From Gaiellaceae bacterium (GTDB lineage: Bacteria > Actinomycetota > Thermoleophilia > Gaiellales > Gaiellaceae): a DNA stretch of 64,000 bases. The notes below the pieces were generated by a model. The model did no database searches. It was not told the origin of the DNA and was given only the letters and a program-made list of their open reading frames with translations. Every line of letters begins with the position of its first letter. Positions within the stretch are counted from its first letter, which is position 1. Positions 26,464-35,663 of the stretch are shown here, piece by piece. Location of the stretch: positions 25 through 64,024 of the forward strand of contig DASSSR010000009.1 of assembly GCA_035708345.1 (NCBI GenBank), read 5' to 3'. A program made the position numbers and the translations under genes.

Positions 26464-27294
26464 ATGCCGCGCCACCGCTACGTCGTCGTCGACGTCTTCA
26501 CCGACGAGCCGCTGCAGGGCAACCAGCTCGCCGTCTTCACGAACGCGCAGGAGATCCCCGAGGCGCAGCTGCAGCGGCTCGCGCGCGAGGTCAACTTCTC
26601 GGAGACGACCTTCGTCTACCCGGCGGAGGCGGACGGCCACGTGCGCGTGCGCATCTTCACGCCCGCGGCGGAGGTCCCGTTCGCGGGGCACCCGACGCTG
26701 GGGACGGCGTTCGCGCTCGCGGGGCCGCTCCAGCTCGTCGAGATCCAGCTCGAGACCGGGCGCGGCGTCGTCCCGGTCGAGCTGCAGCGGGAGGGCGCGC
26801 AGATCGTCTTCGGCCGCATGCGCCAGCCGGCGCCGGCGATCGAGCCGTTCCCGCGCACCGACGAGCTGCTCGCGGCGCTCGGCGTCGGCGAGTCGCAGCT
26901 GCCGGTCGAGCTGTACGACAACGGCGTCCGGCACGTCTACGTCGCGCTCGGCTCGCGCGCCGAGGTCGCCGCGCTCGACCCCGACCTCGCACGGTTGCGC
27001 GAGCTCGGGCCGATCGGAGTCAACTGCTTCGCCGGCGAGGCGTCGAGCTGGAAGACGCGCATGTTCGCGCCGGCGCTCGGCGTCGCCGAGGACCCGGCCA
27101 CCGGCTCCGCCGCCGGGCCGCTCGCGCTCCACCTCGCCCGCCACGGCCGCATCCCGTTCGGCGACGAGGTGCAGATCGTGCAGGGCGAGGAGATCGGCCG
27201 CAGCTCGCTGCTCTACGCGATCGCCCACGCCGAGGACGACATCCGGGTCGGCGGCTCGGCCGTGATCGTCGCGCGCGGCGAGTTCCAGCTCTGA
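26464..27294 (+). CDS. PhzF-family isomerase (phenazine-biosynthesis-like protein)
   Basis: The N-terminus YVVVDVFTDEPLQGNQLAVF...NFSETTFV is the PhzF signature. Length is 276 aa. Confidence 0.9.
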   Translation: MPRHRYVVVDVFTDEPLQGNQLAVFTNAQEIPEAQLQRLAREVNFSETTFVYPAEADGHVRVRIFTPAAEVPFAGHPTLGTAFALAGPLQLVEIQLETGRGVVPVELQREGAQIVFGRMRQPAPAIEPFPRTDELLAALGVGESQLPVELYDNGVRHVYVALGSRAEVAALDPDLARLRELGPIGVNCFAGEASSWKTRMFAPALGVAEDPATGSAAGPLALHLARHGRIPFGDEVQIVQGEEIGRSSLLYAIAHAEDDIRVGGSAVIVARGEFQL

Positions 27295-27298
27295 GGCT

Positions 27299-27997
27299 TC
27301 AGGCCGCGCGGTGCAACGCGCGCCCGCGGTGCGCGTGCGAGCGGGCGATCGCGCGCAGCACCGCCTCGGTGTCGACGTCTCGGCCGTCGGCGAGGCACTG
27401 CTCGAGCCACGTCGACGCCGGTGCGTTCGCGCGGCCGTGGTTGCACGCCGCGCACGAGAGGACGAGGTTGTCGAGCCCGTCGGCGCCGCCGTGCGAGCGG
27501 CAGCGGACGTGGTCGAGCGTCGCGTGCAGGCTGCGGTACGAGAGCGGCGTCGAGCACCAGACGCAGTGCTCGCCGTCGCGCTCGCCGAGCCGCAGCATCT
27601 TCCGCCGCGTCGTCGAGAGCGACGACTCGAGCCGTTCGCGGTCGTCGGGAGCGGGGAGCAGGACGAGCTTCCGCCGCCCCGTCGCGACGACCGTGACGTC
27701 GTCGGCCGAGGCCAGCCACTCGAGCAGCGTCCGCCGGACGGGCCGGCGGAGGCTGCGCAGCTCGATCCTCGCCTCGCGCCCCCACGGCTTCAGCAGCCAG
27801 CAGGCCTCGCGGACGAGGTGCGTCGCCGGCCCCTGCCGCACCGACTCGAGCTCGCCGAAGCCGATCGAGATCACGCGCTCGCCGCGGTAGGACGCGGCCA
27901 GCGCGAGGGCGGCGTCGTCTCCTTCTTCGGCGCGGGCGAGGCGCCGCACGCGCAGGGCGGGCTCGAAGCAGAGGGTGGTCGCGGCGCCTAGCGCCAA
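27299..27997 (-). CDS. HNH endonuclease-domain protein with an uncharacterised N-terminal domain
   Basis: The C-terminal motif CVWC..LDHVRCRSHGGADGLDNLVLSCAACNHGR is HNH with a Zn-finger Cys pattern. Confidence 0.8.
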   Translation of the reverse strand: MALGAATTLCFEPALRVRRLARAEEGDDAALALAASYRGERVISIGFGELESVRQGPATHLVREACWLLKPWGREARIELRSLRRPVRRTLLEWLASADDVTVVATGRRKLVLLPAPDDRERLESSLSTTRRKMLRLGERDGEHCVWCSTPLSYRSLHATLDHVRCRSHGGADGLDNLVLSCAACNHGRANAPASTWLEQCLADGRDVDTEAVLRAIARSHAHRGRALHRAA

Positions 27998-28027
27998 GAA
28001 CCCAGCGGTCGCACTGCCTCCCCTGTT

Positions 28028-28417
28028 CTAGTCGAGCCAGGCGACTCCTTCGACGTCCGGCAGCTCGAACGGCAGCGCGTGCCAGAAGACGCCGCCGTTG
28101 CGCGAGACGAAGAGGCGGTTGCGGGCGGCGTAGAGCATCCGGTCGGGATCGTCTTCCGCCACCGCGACGGCGAAGCCGGCCGGCAGCCCGCCGCCCGCCT
28201 CCGTCCACGTCGCGCCGCCGTCGCGCGAGATCGCGAGCGGCGGCCGGCGCTCGACGACCGCGACGACCGTCGCGCCCGCGCGCGCCGTCGCGACGACGCG
28301 CGGCAGCTCGACGCCGGGGGCGTCGGCGGCCGGCACCTCCGTCCCCTCGCCGAGCAGCTCCTCCGCCTCGACGTCGACGAGGAAGACGCCCGCGATCGTG
28401 CCGACCGCGGCGATCAC
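28028..28417 (-). CDS. Small BNR/Asp-box repeat protein
   Basis: Two Asp-boxes, SRDGGATW and SRNGGVFW. GTG 28417 overlaps the upstream stop (GTGA). Confidence 0.65.
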   Translation of the reverse strand: MIAAVGTIAGVFLVDVEAEELLGEGTEVPAADAPGVELPRVVATARAGATVVAVVERRPPLAISRDGGATWTEAGGGLPAGFAVAVAEDDPDRMLYAARNRLFVSRNGGVFWHALPFELPDVEGVAWLD

Positions 28418-29199
28418 CGCGCCCGCCCCGCGAGCAGCGCGCCGACGAGCGCCGTCGCCCGGCGCGCCGCGGAGAGCGACGTGTGCCCGTCGGCCCGCGA
28501 CGCGAGGTAGGCGGCGGAGAAGGCGTCGCCGGCGCCGGTCGGGTCGGCGTCGACGGCGCGCGCGGGCACGTCGACCTGCTCCTCCCGGGTGATGATCGTC
28601 GAGCCGACGGGCCCGCGCGTCACCAGCACCTCCGGCACGCCGAGCTCGCGCACGTCGCCGATCGCCGCCGCCTCCTCCTCCGCGAGCTTGAGCACGTCGA
28701 CGTGGCGGAGCACGCCGCGGTCGAGGTCGCCGCTCAGCTCGAGCGGCCCGGTGCGACGCGTGCGCACGAGCCCCTGCCCGTCGAAGAGGATCCGCCGTCC
28801 GCGCGCGAGCCAGGCGAACGCCTCGTCGTCGAAGTCGCCGTGCAGCAGCGCCGGCACGTGCAGCCAGCCGACGCCGCGCAGCAGCGCCTCCGGGATGTCG
28901 CTCACCTGCCACGGCTGGCCGACGGCGTCGACGGCCATCGTCCGCACGCCCGCGTCGTCGTACGAGAACGAGAACGCGGTCGTCTCGCCGCCGCTCTTCA
29001 CCGCGACGGGAAGCCCGAACGCGGCGAGCTTCCGTCCGAACGCGTCGCGGTCGGGCTCGCCGCACTTCGCGACGACGATCGCGCGGTGGCTCAACGCGTG
29101 CAGCGCCCGCGCGGCGTGGAACGGGCCGCCGCCGATCCGCGGCGCCGTGCCGGCGACGACGTCGCGCGCCAGATGTCCGATCACGCAGAGCGAGGCCAC
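28414..29199 (-). CDS. PfkB-family (ribokinase-like) carbohydrate/nucleoside kinase
   Basis: The C-terminal anion-hole motif DPTGAGDAFSAAYL is present. N-terminus VASLCVIGHLARDVV.. Length is 261 aa from GTG 29199. Confidence 0.85.
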   Translation of the reverse strand: MASLCVIGHLARDVVAGTAPRIGGGPFHAARALHALSHRAIVVAKCGEPDRDAFGRKLAAFGLPVAVKSGGETTAFSFSYDDAGVRTMAVDAVGQPWQVSDIPEALLRGVGWLHVPALLHGDFDDEAFAWLARGRRILFDGQGLVRTRRTGPLELSGDLDRGVLRHVDVLKLAEEEAAAIGDVRELGVPEVLVTRGPVGSTIITREEQVDVPARAVDADPTGAGDAFSAAYLASRADGHTSLSAARRATALVGALLAGRAR

Positions 29200-29249
29200 G
29201 GGCGGGAAGCGTACGAGGTCCCCCGGGGACGCCACGCGCCGAGTCGGCG

Positions 29250-30608
29250 CTACCGGCGCGACTGGGAACGCACCCTCGCGCCCGCGAGCGCGGCGAGGCG
29301 GCCCGTGCTCAGGCCGGTGGGGGCCGTCAGCGCCAGGGAGAGCGCGAAGGCCGCGAAGAAGCTCGGCAGCGAGCCGCCGATCGCGCCGAGGCCCGGATGC
29401 GTGTGCTCGACGAGCCGCGTCCACCACGCCGGGCCGACCGGCGACAGCCACTGGTAGAGGCAGAAGCCGGCGAGCCACGCCGCGATCTGCGCGGGGCGGA
29501 CGCGCGGCGCGGCGAACGGGTCGCGGTGCCCCACGAGCCACTGTGCGAGCAGCACGCCGAAGAGCGGGACGAAGAACGACCCGAGCAGCAGCAGGAAGCT
29601 CGCGTACTGGACGAGGTCGATCACGAAGACGCCGACCGTCGCGATCGCGCCCACGAGCACGATCAGCGCGCGCTGCGGTACGCGCGGGACGACGTTCTGC
29701 AGCGACACCGCGGCGGAGTAGACGTTCGCGAACGGCTCCTTCGTCTCGTCGACGCCGAGCGCGACGAGCGCGATCGCCGCCGCGACGCCGCCGCCGGCGA
29801 TCGCCGTCAGCACCGACGGCGCGTCGCTCAGGCCCCGCGTCAGCAGCAGCACGGCTCCGAGCGCGTACAGCCAGACGTTCGGGACGAGGTAGCCGACCGC
29901 CGTCCCCCAGAACGCGCCGCGCCCGTCGCGCGAGAAGCGCGTGTAGTCGGCGGCGAGCGGCAGCCACGACACCGGCATCGCCACCATCAGGTCGACGCCC
30001 TGCCAGAACGACGGGAAGCCGCCCTTGCCCGGCCGCGCCCACAACGTCGACAGGTGCGCCCCCGCCGGCAACCCGTGCAGCGCCCACCAGGTCAGGTACG
30101 CGAGCGACGCGAGCACGACCCAGAGCGCGAACCGCTTCACCCATTCGCGTACGAACCCGACCGGCCCGAGCAGCGCGAGCCCGGTCGCCGCCGCGGCGGC
30201 GGCGAGCTTCCACACCCACATCGGCCCGTGCACGAGCGCGTGCGCCGCGGTCGCGATCACGAGCACCTCGAAGATCGTCCAGCCGAGGTTCTGGAGGACG
30301 TTCAGCGCCGTCGGCAGCCACGACCCCGCCTGCCCGAGCGGCGCGCGCAGCAGCACCATCGCCGGGACGCGGGCCTCCGCGCCGAGCAGCGCCGCGAGCC
30401 CGAGCAGGACGTTGCCGAAGACGCCGCCGACGGCGATCGCGAGCAGCGCCTCGCGCAGCGAGAGCGCCGGCACGAGCACCGTCCCCGCGACGAGCACGAG
30501 CAGGCTCAGCCCGAGGCTGCTCCAGAGCATGCCGTTGTCGAGCCCGCCGAGCGTCCGCAGGCGCGCCGGGACGGGGTCGATGCCCCAGGACGGCGTTCTC
30601 TCCGACAT
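29250..30608 (-). CDS. NCS1-family permease (cytosine/purine/thiamine-precursor type). A CytX-like hydroxymethylpyrimidine transporter is the most likely call given the riboswitch.
   Basis: 452 aa with 12 TM segments, MSERTPSWGIDPVPARLRTLGGLDNGMLWSSLGLSLL.. It is preceded directly by a TPP riboswitch. Confidence 0.8.
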   Translation of the reverse strand: MSERTPSWGIDPVPARLRTLGGLDNGMLWSSLGLSLLVLVAGTVLVPALSLREALLAIAVGGVFGNVLLGLAALLGAEARVPAMVLLRAPLGQAGSWLPTALNVLQNLGWTIFEVLVIATAAHALVHGPMWVWKLAAAAAATGLALLGPVGFVREWVKRFALWVVLASLAYLTWWALHGLPAGAHLSTLWARPGKGGFPSFWQGVDLMVAMPVSWLPLAADYTRFSRDGRGAFWGTAVGYLVPNVWLYALGAVLLLTRGLSDAPSVLTAIAGGGVAAAIALVALGVDETKEPFANVYSAAVSLQNVVPRVPQRALIVLVGAIATVGVFVIDLVQYASFLLLLGSFFVPLFGVLLAQWLVGHRDPFAAPRVRPAQIAAWLAGFCLYQWLSPVGPAWWTRLVEHTHPGLGAIGGSLPSFFAAFALSLALTAPTGLSTGRLAALAGARVRSQSRR

Positions 30609-30611
30609 CGA

Positions 30612-30705
30612 ATCAACTCCCTTCGCCGGTACGAGCCGGATCAGGTTCGACGGGTCTGATCTCAGCCGCGCGTCGGGCGCGGCACCCCGGTAGCAACGAG
30701 CGTAC
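30612..30705 (-). promoter_or_regulatory. TPP (THI-box) riboswitch
   Basis: The minus strand reads CUACCGGGGUGCCGCGCCCGACGCGCGGCUGAGAUCAGACCCGUCGAACCUGAUCCGGCUCGUACCGGCGAAGGGAG. All conserved THI-box blocks are present: GGGGUGC, GCUGAGA, ACCC, GAACCUGAUCCGG, UACCGGCG, AGGGA. The 3' GGGAG doubles as the Shine-Dalgarno 8 nt before AUG 30608. Confidence 0.9.
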
Positions 30706-30731
30706 CGCGATACTCTGTACCCGGGATCGCG

Positions 30732-31253
30732 ATGGGGATGCTGCTGGAGATCTCGGGGGTGTCGGCGCTCGCGCTGCTCGTGGGCATGCCGCTGCTGACG
30801 CTCGTGCACGAGCTCGGGCACGGGCTCGTGGCGGCGGTCGCCGTCGGCGGTCGCGTGACGATCGTGCAGGGGCCCGCGCCGGCGAGGCTCCGCGTCCGGG
30901 TCTGGCGGCTCGACCTGCGCCTGCGCGGGCCGGTCGCCCCGCACCGGGTGATGGTCGGCTGGGCCTTCTGGGGGCCGCACTCCGACCCGCGCCGGCACGC
31001 GCTCGCGAACGCCGCCGGCCCGCTCACCTCCGCGCTCTCCGCGGCCGCGTGCGGCGCCGGCGCCTACCTCACGGGCGGGCTCGGCCAGCTGCTGCTCCTG
31101 CTGCTCGGGCTCGCGGCGACGCTGCAGACGCTGAGCACGAGCGTCCCCTGCCGCTACGGCCGCTGGTTCGGCAGCTACGCCGGCGAGGCGAGCGACGGCC
31201 TCCGGATCGCCCGCGCGCTGCGCGGGCGCCGCGGGCCGGCAGCCACCGCCTAG
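30732..31253 (+). CDS. Small M50-like (site-2-protease-type) membrane metalloprotease homolog
   Basis: The HELGH zinc motif sits inside the first TM region (LLTLVHELGHGLVAAV). Length is 173 aa. Confidence 0.65.
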   Translation: MGMLLEISGVSALALLVGMPLLTLVHELGHGLVAAVAVGGRVTIVQGPAPARLRVRVWRLDLRLRGPVAPHRVMVGWAFWGPHSDPRRHALANAAGPLTSALSAAACGAGAYLTGGLGQLLLLLLGLAATLQTLSTSVPCRYGRWFGSYAGEASDGLRIARALRGRRGPAATA

Positions 31254-32305
31254 AACCGCCCGCCGGCGGCGTGGATCGCCGCGTCCTCGTCCTGGGCCGC
31301 ACGGTCGGTCTCGCCGAGCTCCTCCTGCAGCCGGCGCGCGCGGGGCAGCAGCGCGAGCGCGGGCAGCAGCGGCAGCCAGAAGTTGACGGCGCGGTACGTC
31401 ACGGCCGCCGGCAGCGCCTCGGCGAACGGGACGCCCATCACGTGCAGCATCCCGGCCATCGACGCCTCGGCGACGCCGGAGCCCCCGCCGGGCAGCGGCA
31501 CGAAGCTGAGCACCCAGGCGGTCGCCTCCGCCAGCACCAGCCGCGCCGGGTCGAGATGGACGCCGAAGGCGACGAGCGCGACCCAGAGGATGAAGAAGTC
31601 GCCGATCCAGAAGAGCGGATAGCCGGCGACGCCGCCGAGGTAGCGGAGCGGGTGCGAGACGACGTGGCGGACGACGACGACGCCGCCGATCGTGTCCGCG
31701 AAGAGCTTGCGCGCCTTCCGCACCCAGCGGTTGCCGCCCTCGGGCACGTCGAGGATCCGCGGCGCGAGCCGCTCGCCCGAGACGACGGCGGCGGCCGCGG
31801 TCGCCGCCGGCACGACGGCGAGCCAGACGATCGCGAGCGCGAGCGCCCAGCCCGAGGCGCCGAGGATCAGCACGACGAGCCCCGCGAGCGCGGCGAGCGT
31901 CGTCAGCCCCGCCGCCTGCAGCGTGTTGAGCGCCAGCGTGCGCCGGGCCGCCTCGTGCGTCGTGGCGCCCGCCTTGCGCATCGCCCAGTAGTCGACGGTC
32001 AGCCCGCCGGCGCCCGACCCGATCACGTACGCGCCGAGCCCGAGCGTGATCACCTGCGCCGCCTCGCGGTACGGCAGCTTCGGCCCGCCGTCCGCGGCGG
32101 CGACCGAGCGGTACGCGACGACGTAGCCGAGGTAGGCCGCGACCTCGCCGAGCAGGCAGAGCGGCAGCCACCGCTTGTCCGCCCGGCGCACCGCGTCGGC
32201 GAGCTCGCCGTAGCTCGTGAGCTGGCCGAGCAGCGCCACCGCACCGACGGTGAGCGCGAGCGCCACGACGACGCCGATCAGCGCCTTCCGCCGGTCGACG
32301 TTCAC
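31250..32305 (-). CDS. Flippase-like membrane protein (LPG-synthase TM / UPF0104-type domain), copy 1
   Basis: 351 aa from GTG 32305 (GTGA overlap). Polytopic, with architecture and N-terminal pattern (RRKALIGVVVALAL..ADKRWLPLCLLGEVAAYLGY) like MprF flippase-domain proteins. Confidence 0.65.
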   Translation of the reverse strand: MNVDRRKALIGVVVALALTVGAVALLGQLTSYGELADAVRRADKRWLPLCLLGEVAAYLGYVVAYRSVAAADGGPKLPYREAAQVITLGLGAYVIGSGAGGLTVDYWAMRKAGATTHEAARRTLALNTLQAAGLTTLAALAGLVVLILGASGWALALAIVWLAVVPAATAAAAVVSGERLAPRILDVPEGGNRWVRKARKLFADTIGGVVVVRHVVSHPLRYLGGVAGYPLFWIGDFFILWVALVAFGVHLDPARLVLAEATAWVLSFVPLPGGGSGVAEASMAGMLHVMGVPFAEALPAAVTYRAVNFWLPLLPALALLPRARRLQEELGETDRAAQDEDAAIHAAGGRF

Positions 32306-33588
32306 GGCCGGGCCTTCCGCCGCGCGTGCGACGTCACCGCGACGCCGAAGAGCGCGAGCGCGACCGCGACGACCGCCGTGAGCGCCTGCGCCGCGACCGC
32401 GAGCGCGATCGCGGGCTCCGCGTCGATGCCGGCGCCCGCGAGCACGGCTGCGCCGACGCCGGCCTGCGTCGCCGCCCCCGCCGGCCCGATCGGCAGCGCG
32501 GAGGCGCCGGCCGCCGCGACGACGTACGCCGTCGCGACCGCGAACGACGAGCGCAGCCCGACCGCGTCGAGGAGCATGTACAGGCCGCCGGCGCGCGTCA
32601 CCCAGGAGCCGGCGACGAGCAGGACGGCCCAGACCGCCTCGCGGTACGACGCGGGAGCGTGCGCCGCGAGCCAGCGGCCGAGGCGGTAGCGCGCGATGCG
32701 GCCGCTGCCGCGGATCGACGGGAGCGCGGCGGTGAGCAGCGCGGCGCCGACGCCGACGCCGGTGAGGGCGAGCATCGGCACGCGGACGGCGTACGACGCC
32801 CGGACGAAGCCCGCGGCGAATGCGGCGAACGGCGTCAGCGCCGCCATGTCGAGCAGGCCGAGCAGGAAGAGCGAGAGCGCGAGCGTCCCGACCGACGGCG
32901 CCCGCCGGCCGACCTTCCGGAGCACGGCGATCGCGATCGCGTCGTCGATCCGCGAGGGCAGCGCGATCGCGGCGACCGCGGCCGTCGCGTTCGAGGTGAC
33001 GAGCGCGAGCGAGCGCGGCCGCTCGTACGGCCGGAAGAGGCGCTGCCAGGCGAGCGCCCGCAACGCGAACGTCGCGATGAAGAGTGCGGCCGCGGCCGCC
33101 GTCAGCCGCGGGTCGGCGCGATGCAGCCCCCAGCCGCGCGACCTGAGGCGCTGCACGACGAGCACGACGAGCGCCGTCGCCGCGACGACGAAGACGAGCT
33201 CGACGACGTGCCTCGTCCGCCGGCCGCGCACGATCCGCAGCGGCCAGCGCAGCAGCAGCAGCCAGCCGCGCGCGGCGACGCCGAAGGCGCGCTCCGGCTC
33301 CGGCAGCAGCACGTGCTCGTGCCGGCGCGCCGGCGGTGGGGCGAAGCGCGAGAGCCGCCACGCGCGACGGACGGGGGCCGTGGCGCGCCGCCAGGAGCCG
33401 GGCGAGAGCTCGCGCGCACCCCAGAGGGCGAAGAACACCGTCGGCAGCACGTAGAAGAAGAGGACGCCCCACGCGGGGACGATCCGCACGAGCGCGAGCG
33501 ACGCGATCGCGAGCGCGCCGATCCCGAGCGTGGCGGCGGCGACGTAGAGGCGCGCGGCCGGGGACACACCGTCCGCTTCCCCCGGCAT
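32302..33588 (-). CDS. Flippase-like membrane protein (LPG-synthase TM / UPF0104-type domain), copy 2, with extra N-terminal TM segments
   Basis: 428 aa from ATG 33588. Polytopic, with ..LRALAWQRLFRP..LPSRIDDAIAIAVLRK.. typical of the family. Confidence 0.65.
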   Translation of the reverse strand: MPGEADGVSPAARLYVAAATLGIGALAIASLALVRIVPAWGVLFFYVLPTVFFALWGARELSPGSWRRATAPVRRAWRLSRFAPPPARRHEHVLLPEPERAFGVAARGWLLLLRWPLRIVRGRRTRHVVELVFVVAATALVVLVVQRLRSRGWGLHRADPRLTAAAAALFIATFALRALAWQRLFRPYERPRSLALVTSNATAAVAAIALPSRIDDAIAIAVLRKVGRRAPSVGTLALSLFLLGLLDMAALTPFAAFAAGFVRASYAVRVPMLALTGVGVGAALLTAALPSIRGSGRIARYRLGRWLAAHAPASYREAVWAVLLVAGSWVTRAGGLYMLLDAVGLRSSFAVATAYVVAAAGASALPIGPAGAATQAGVGAAVLAGAGIDAEPAIALAVAAQALTAVVAVALALFGVAVTSHARRKARP

Positions 33589-33636
33589 CCCTCGGGGTAA
33601 CGGTTTCGGGCGCGGCCGGCGCGGCACGACACGGGG

Positions 33637-34494
33637 GTGGACCGCGAGGTCGAGCTCCCCGGCGGAGACCGCGTCGCCTACGCGATCTACGGCCGGGAGG
33701 ACGGGCGGCCCGTCCTGCTGCTGCACGGCTTCTCGGACTCCCGTCTCACCGGCCGGGCGTTCGAGGCGGCGGCCCGCAGGACCGGCGTCCGGCTGATCGT
33801 CCCCGACCGTCCGGGGATCGGCGGGTCGACGGGCAGCTTCGAGTCGCTCGCCGACGTCGCCGGCTGGCTCTCCGAGCTCGCCGACGTGCTCGGGCTGCCG
33901 CGCGTGCCCGTGGTGGGGATCTCGGGCGGCGGCCCGTTCACCCTGGCCGCCGCCCGGTTCGCGCCGCAGCGGGTCGAACGGGCGGTGGTCGTCTCCGGGC
34001 TCGGACCGCCGGAGCTCGGCTACGCGGAGATGCCGGCGGGGCAGCGGCTGTCGATCGCGGTCGCGTCGCGGGCGCCGGCGCTGGCGGGCCGGGTGCTCGG
34101 CCTCGTCGCCCGCCTCGGCCGGGTCTCGCCCGCGCTCTTCCTGCGGCTCGTCGGCTCGAGCCCGAGCCCGGCCGACGCCGAAGCCGTGCGCGACCCCGGC
34201 TCCGTCGAGACGATCGTCCGGCCCTTCGTGGAGGCGTACCGGCAGGGCAGCGCCGGCGTCGCCGGCGAGCTGCGCCTGCTGCTGCGCCCGTGGGGCTTCG
34301 CGCCGGCGGAGGTGTCGGTTCCCGTCCGCTTCGAGCACGGGGCCGACGACGCGACGGTTCCGCCTGCGGCCGCGCGGGCGCTGGCCCGCGCCGTGCCGGG
34401 CGGCCGCCTCTCGATCCGCGACGGCGTCGGGCACTTCACGATCGTCCCGCGGTACGGGGACGAGCTCCTCCGCGCCGCGCTCGGCGAGGCCTGA
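33637..34494 (+). CDS. Alpha/beta-fold hydrolase
   Basis: HG oxyanion motif (LLLHGFSDS), nucleophile elbow GISGGG, and C-terminal GHF. Confidence 0.85.
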   Translation: MDREVELPGGDRVAYAIYGREDGRPVLLLHGFSDSRLTGRAFEAAARRTGVRLIVPDRPGIGGSTGSFESLADVAGWLSELADVLGLPRVPVVGISGGGPFTLAAARFAPQRVERAVVVSGLGPPELGYAEMPAGQRLSIAVASRAPALAGRVLGLVARLGRVSPALFLRLVGSSPSPADAEAVRDPGSVETIVRPFVEAYRQGSAGVAGELRLLLRPWGFAPAEVSVPVRFEHGADDATVPPAAARALARAVPGGRLSIRDGVGHFTIVPRYGDELLRAALGEA

Positions 34495-34526
34495 GGCCGG
34501 CGAAGGGCACGCCGGCGGCCACGGCG

Positions 34527-35663
34527 TCAGTCCCCGAGGCCGAAGCCGTCGTAGTGCATCGACGGCCGCCAGAGCGGCCACGCCTGCCGGAAGACGTCGC
34601 GGCGGCGCATGCCCGGCGGCAGCGACACGCTCGGGTGCATCGCCTCCCAGAGCCGGTTCAGCTCGCCGACGATCCAGCGCATCTCGACGCCCGACCGCGC
34701 CACGATCGTCTCCTCGGGCTCGTGCCCCTCGAACGAGCGCGCCGCGACCAGCGGCAGGTCGGCTCCCGCGAGCGCGGTCAGCGGCAGCCAGCCGTAGACG
34801 CGCGCGCCGAGCTCCATCAGCCGCGGCGTCCCTTCCGCGTCGATGTGGTACTGCAGGTCGCCGAGCCCCTCGAAGCCGATCTCGCCGAAGAAGCGGAGCA
34901 CGTCGGCGATCCCGGGCTCCGCCGGCCCGACCGTCCGCCGCCAGACCGCGACGCCGCCGGCGATCGGCCACTGCCGGTACGCCTCGCGCGCGCCCCAGGC
35001 GAGGATCCGGCCCCCGCGGACGACGACGCCGACGCCGATCGACCGCCCGGGTGTCCACGCCTGCACGATCGGCAGCTCCCAGCCGCGGGCGAGATAGCGC
35101 TCGACGGCGGCGCGCGTCTCCTCGGGCGAGTGGACGACCGTGTGCCGCGCGTACGGCCGCGTGTCGCCGAGCCGGCCGTACGAGCGGCGCGGCTTGACCG
35201 CGCACGGGAAGCCGATGTCGCGCGCGGCCGCGACGGCCTCGGCGACGTCCTCCGGGACGACGGAGCGGGGCGTGGGGAAGCCGTGCTCCCGGGCGGCGGC
35301 GAGCGTCTTCACCTTGTCGGTCGCGAGCGCCGCCGACGGCTCGTCGCCGCCGAGCACCCGTGCGCCCTGCAGCAGCCCCGGCGTCTCGTACAGGAGCTCG
35401 AGCGACGCGTCCTCGGCCGGCGAGACGAGGGTCACGCCCCGGCGGTCGATCGTCTCCGCCACCGTTGCGGCGAACGCCGACGCGTGCTTCCTGTAGTCCG
35501 GGAGCCGGACGACCTCGGAGCAGTAGCGGGAGCGCGCCGCCTTCGTGTGCGCGGGCGCGATCACGCGCCAGCCGGCCGACCCGAGCGAGCGGGCGACGAC
35601 GCGGCTCGGCCAGCCGTTCCCGTCGAGGACGAGCGCCACGCGGCGCGGGAGCTCAGCGGCCAC
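34527..35663 (-). CDS. ATP-grasp domain protein (carboxylate-amine ligase type)
   Basis: 378 aa from GTG 35663. ATP-grasp core: DKVKTLAAAREHGFPTP..FPCAVKPRRSYG..IVQAW..LQYHIDAEGTPRLMELGARV. Confidence 0.8.
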   Translation of the reverse strand: MAAELPRRVALVLDGNGWPSRVVARSLGSAGWRVIAPAHTKAARSRYCSEVVRLPDYRKHASAFAATVAETIDRRGVTLVSPAEDASLELLYETPGLLQGARVLGGDEPSAALATDKVKTLAAAREHGFPTPRSVVPEDVAEAVAAARDIGFPCAVKPRRSYGRLGDTRPYARHTVVHSPEETRAAVERYLARGWELPIVQAWTPGRSIGVGVVVRGGRILAWGAREAYRQWPIAGGVAVWRRTVGPAEPGIADVLRFFGEIGFEGLGDLQYHIDAEGTPRLMELGARVYGWLPLTALAGADLPLVAARSFEGHEPEETIVARSGVEMRWIVGELNRLWEAMHPSVSLPPGMRRRDVFRQAWPLWRPSMHYDGFGLGD

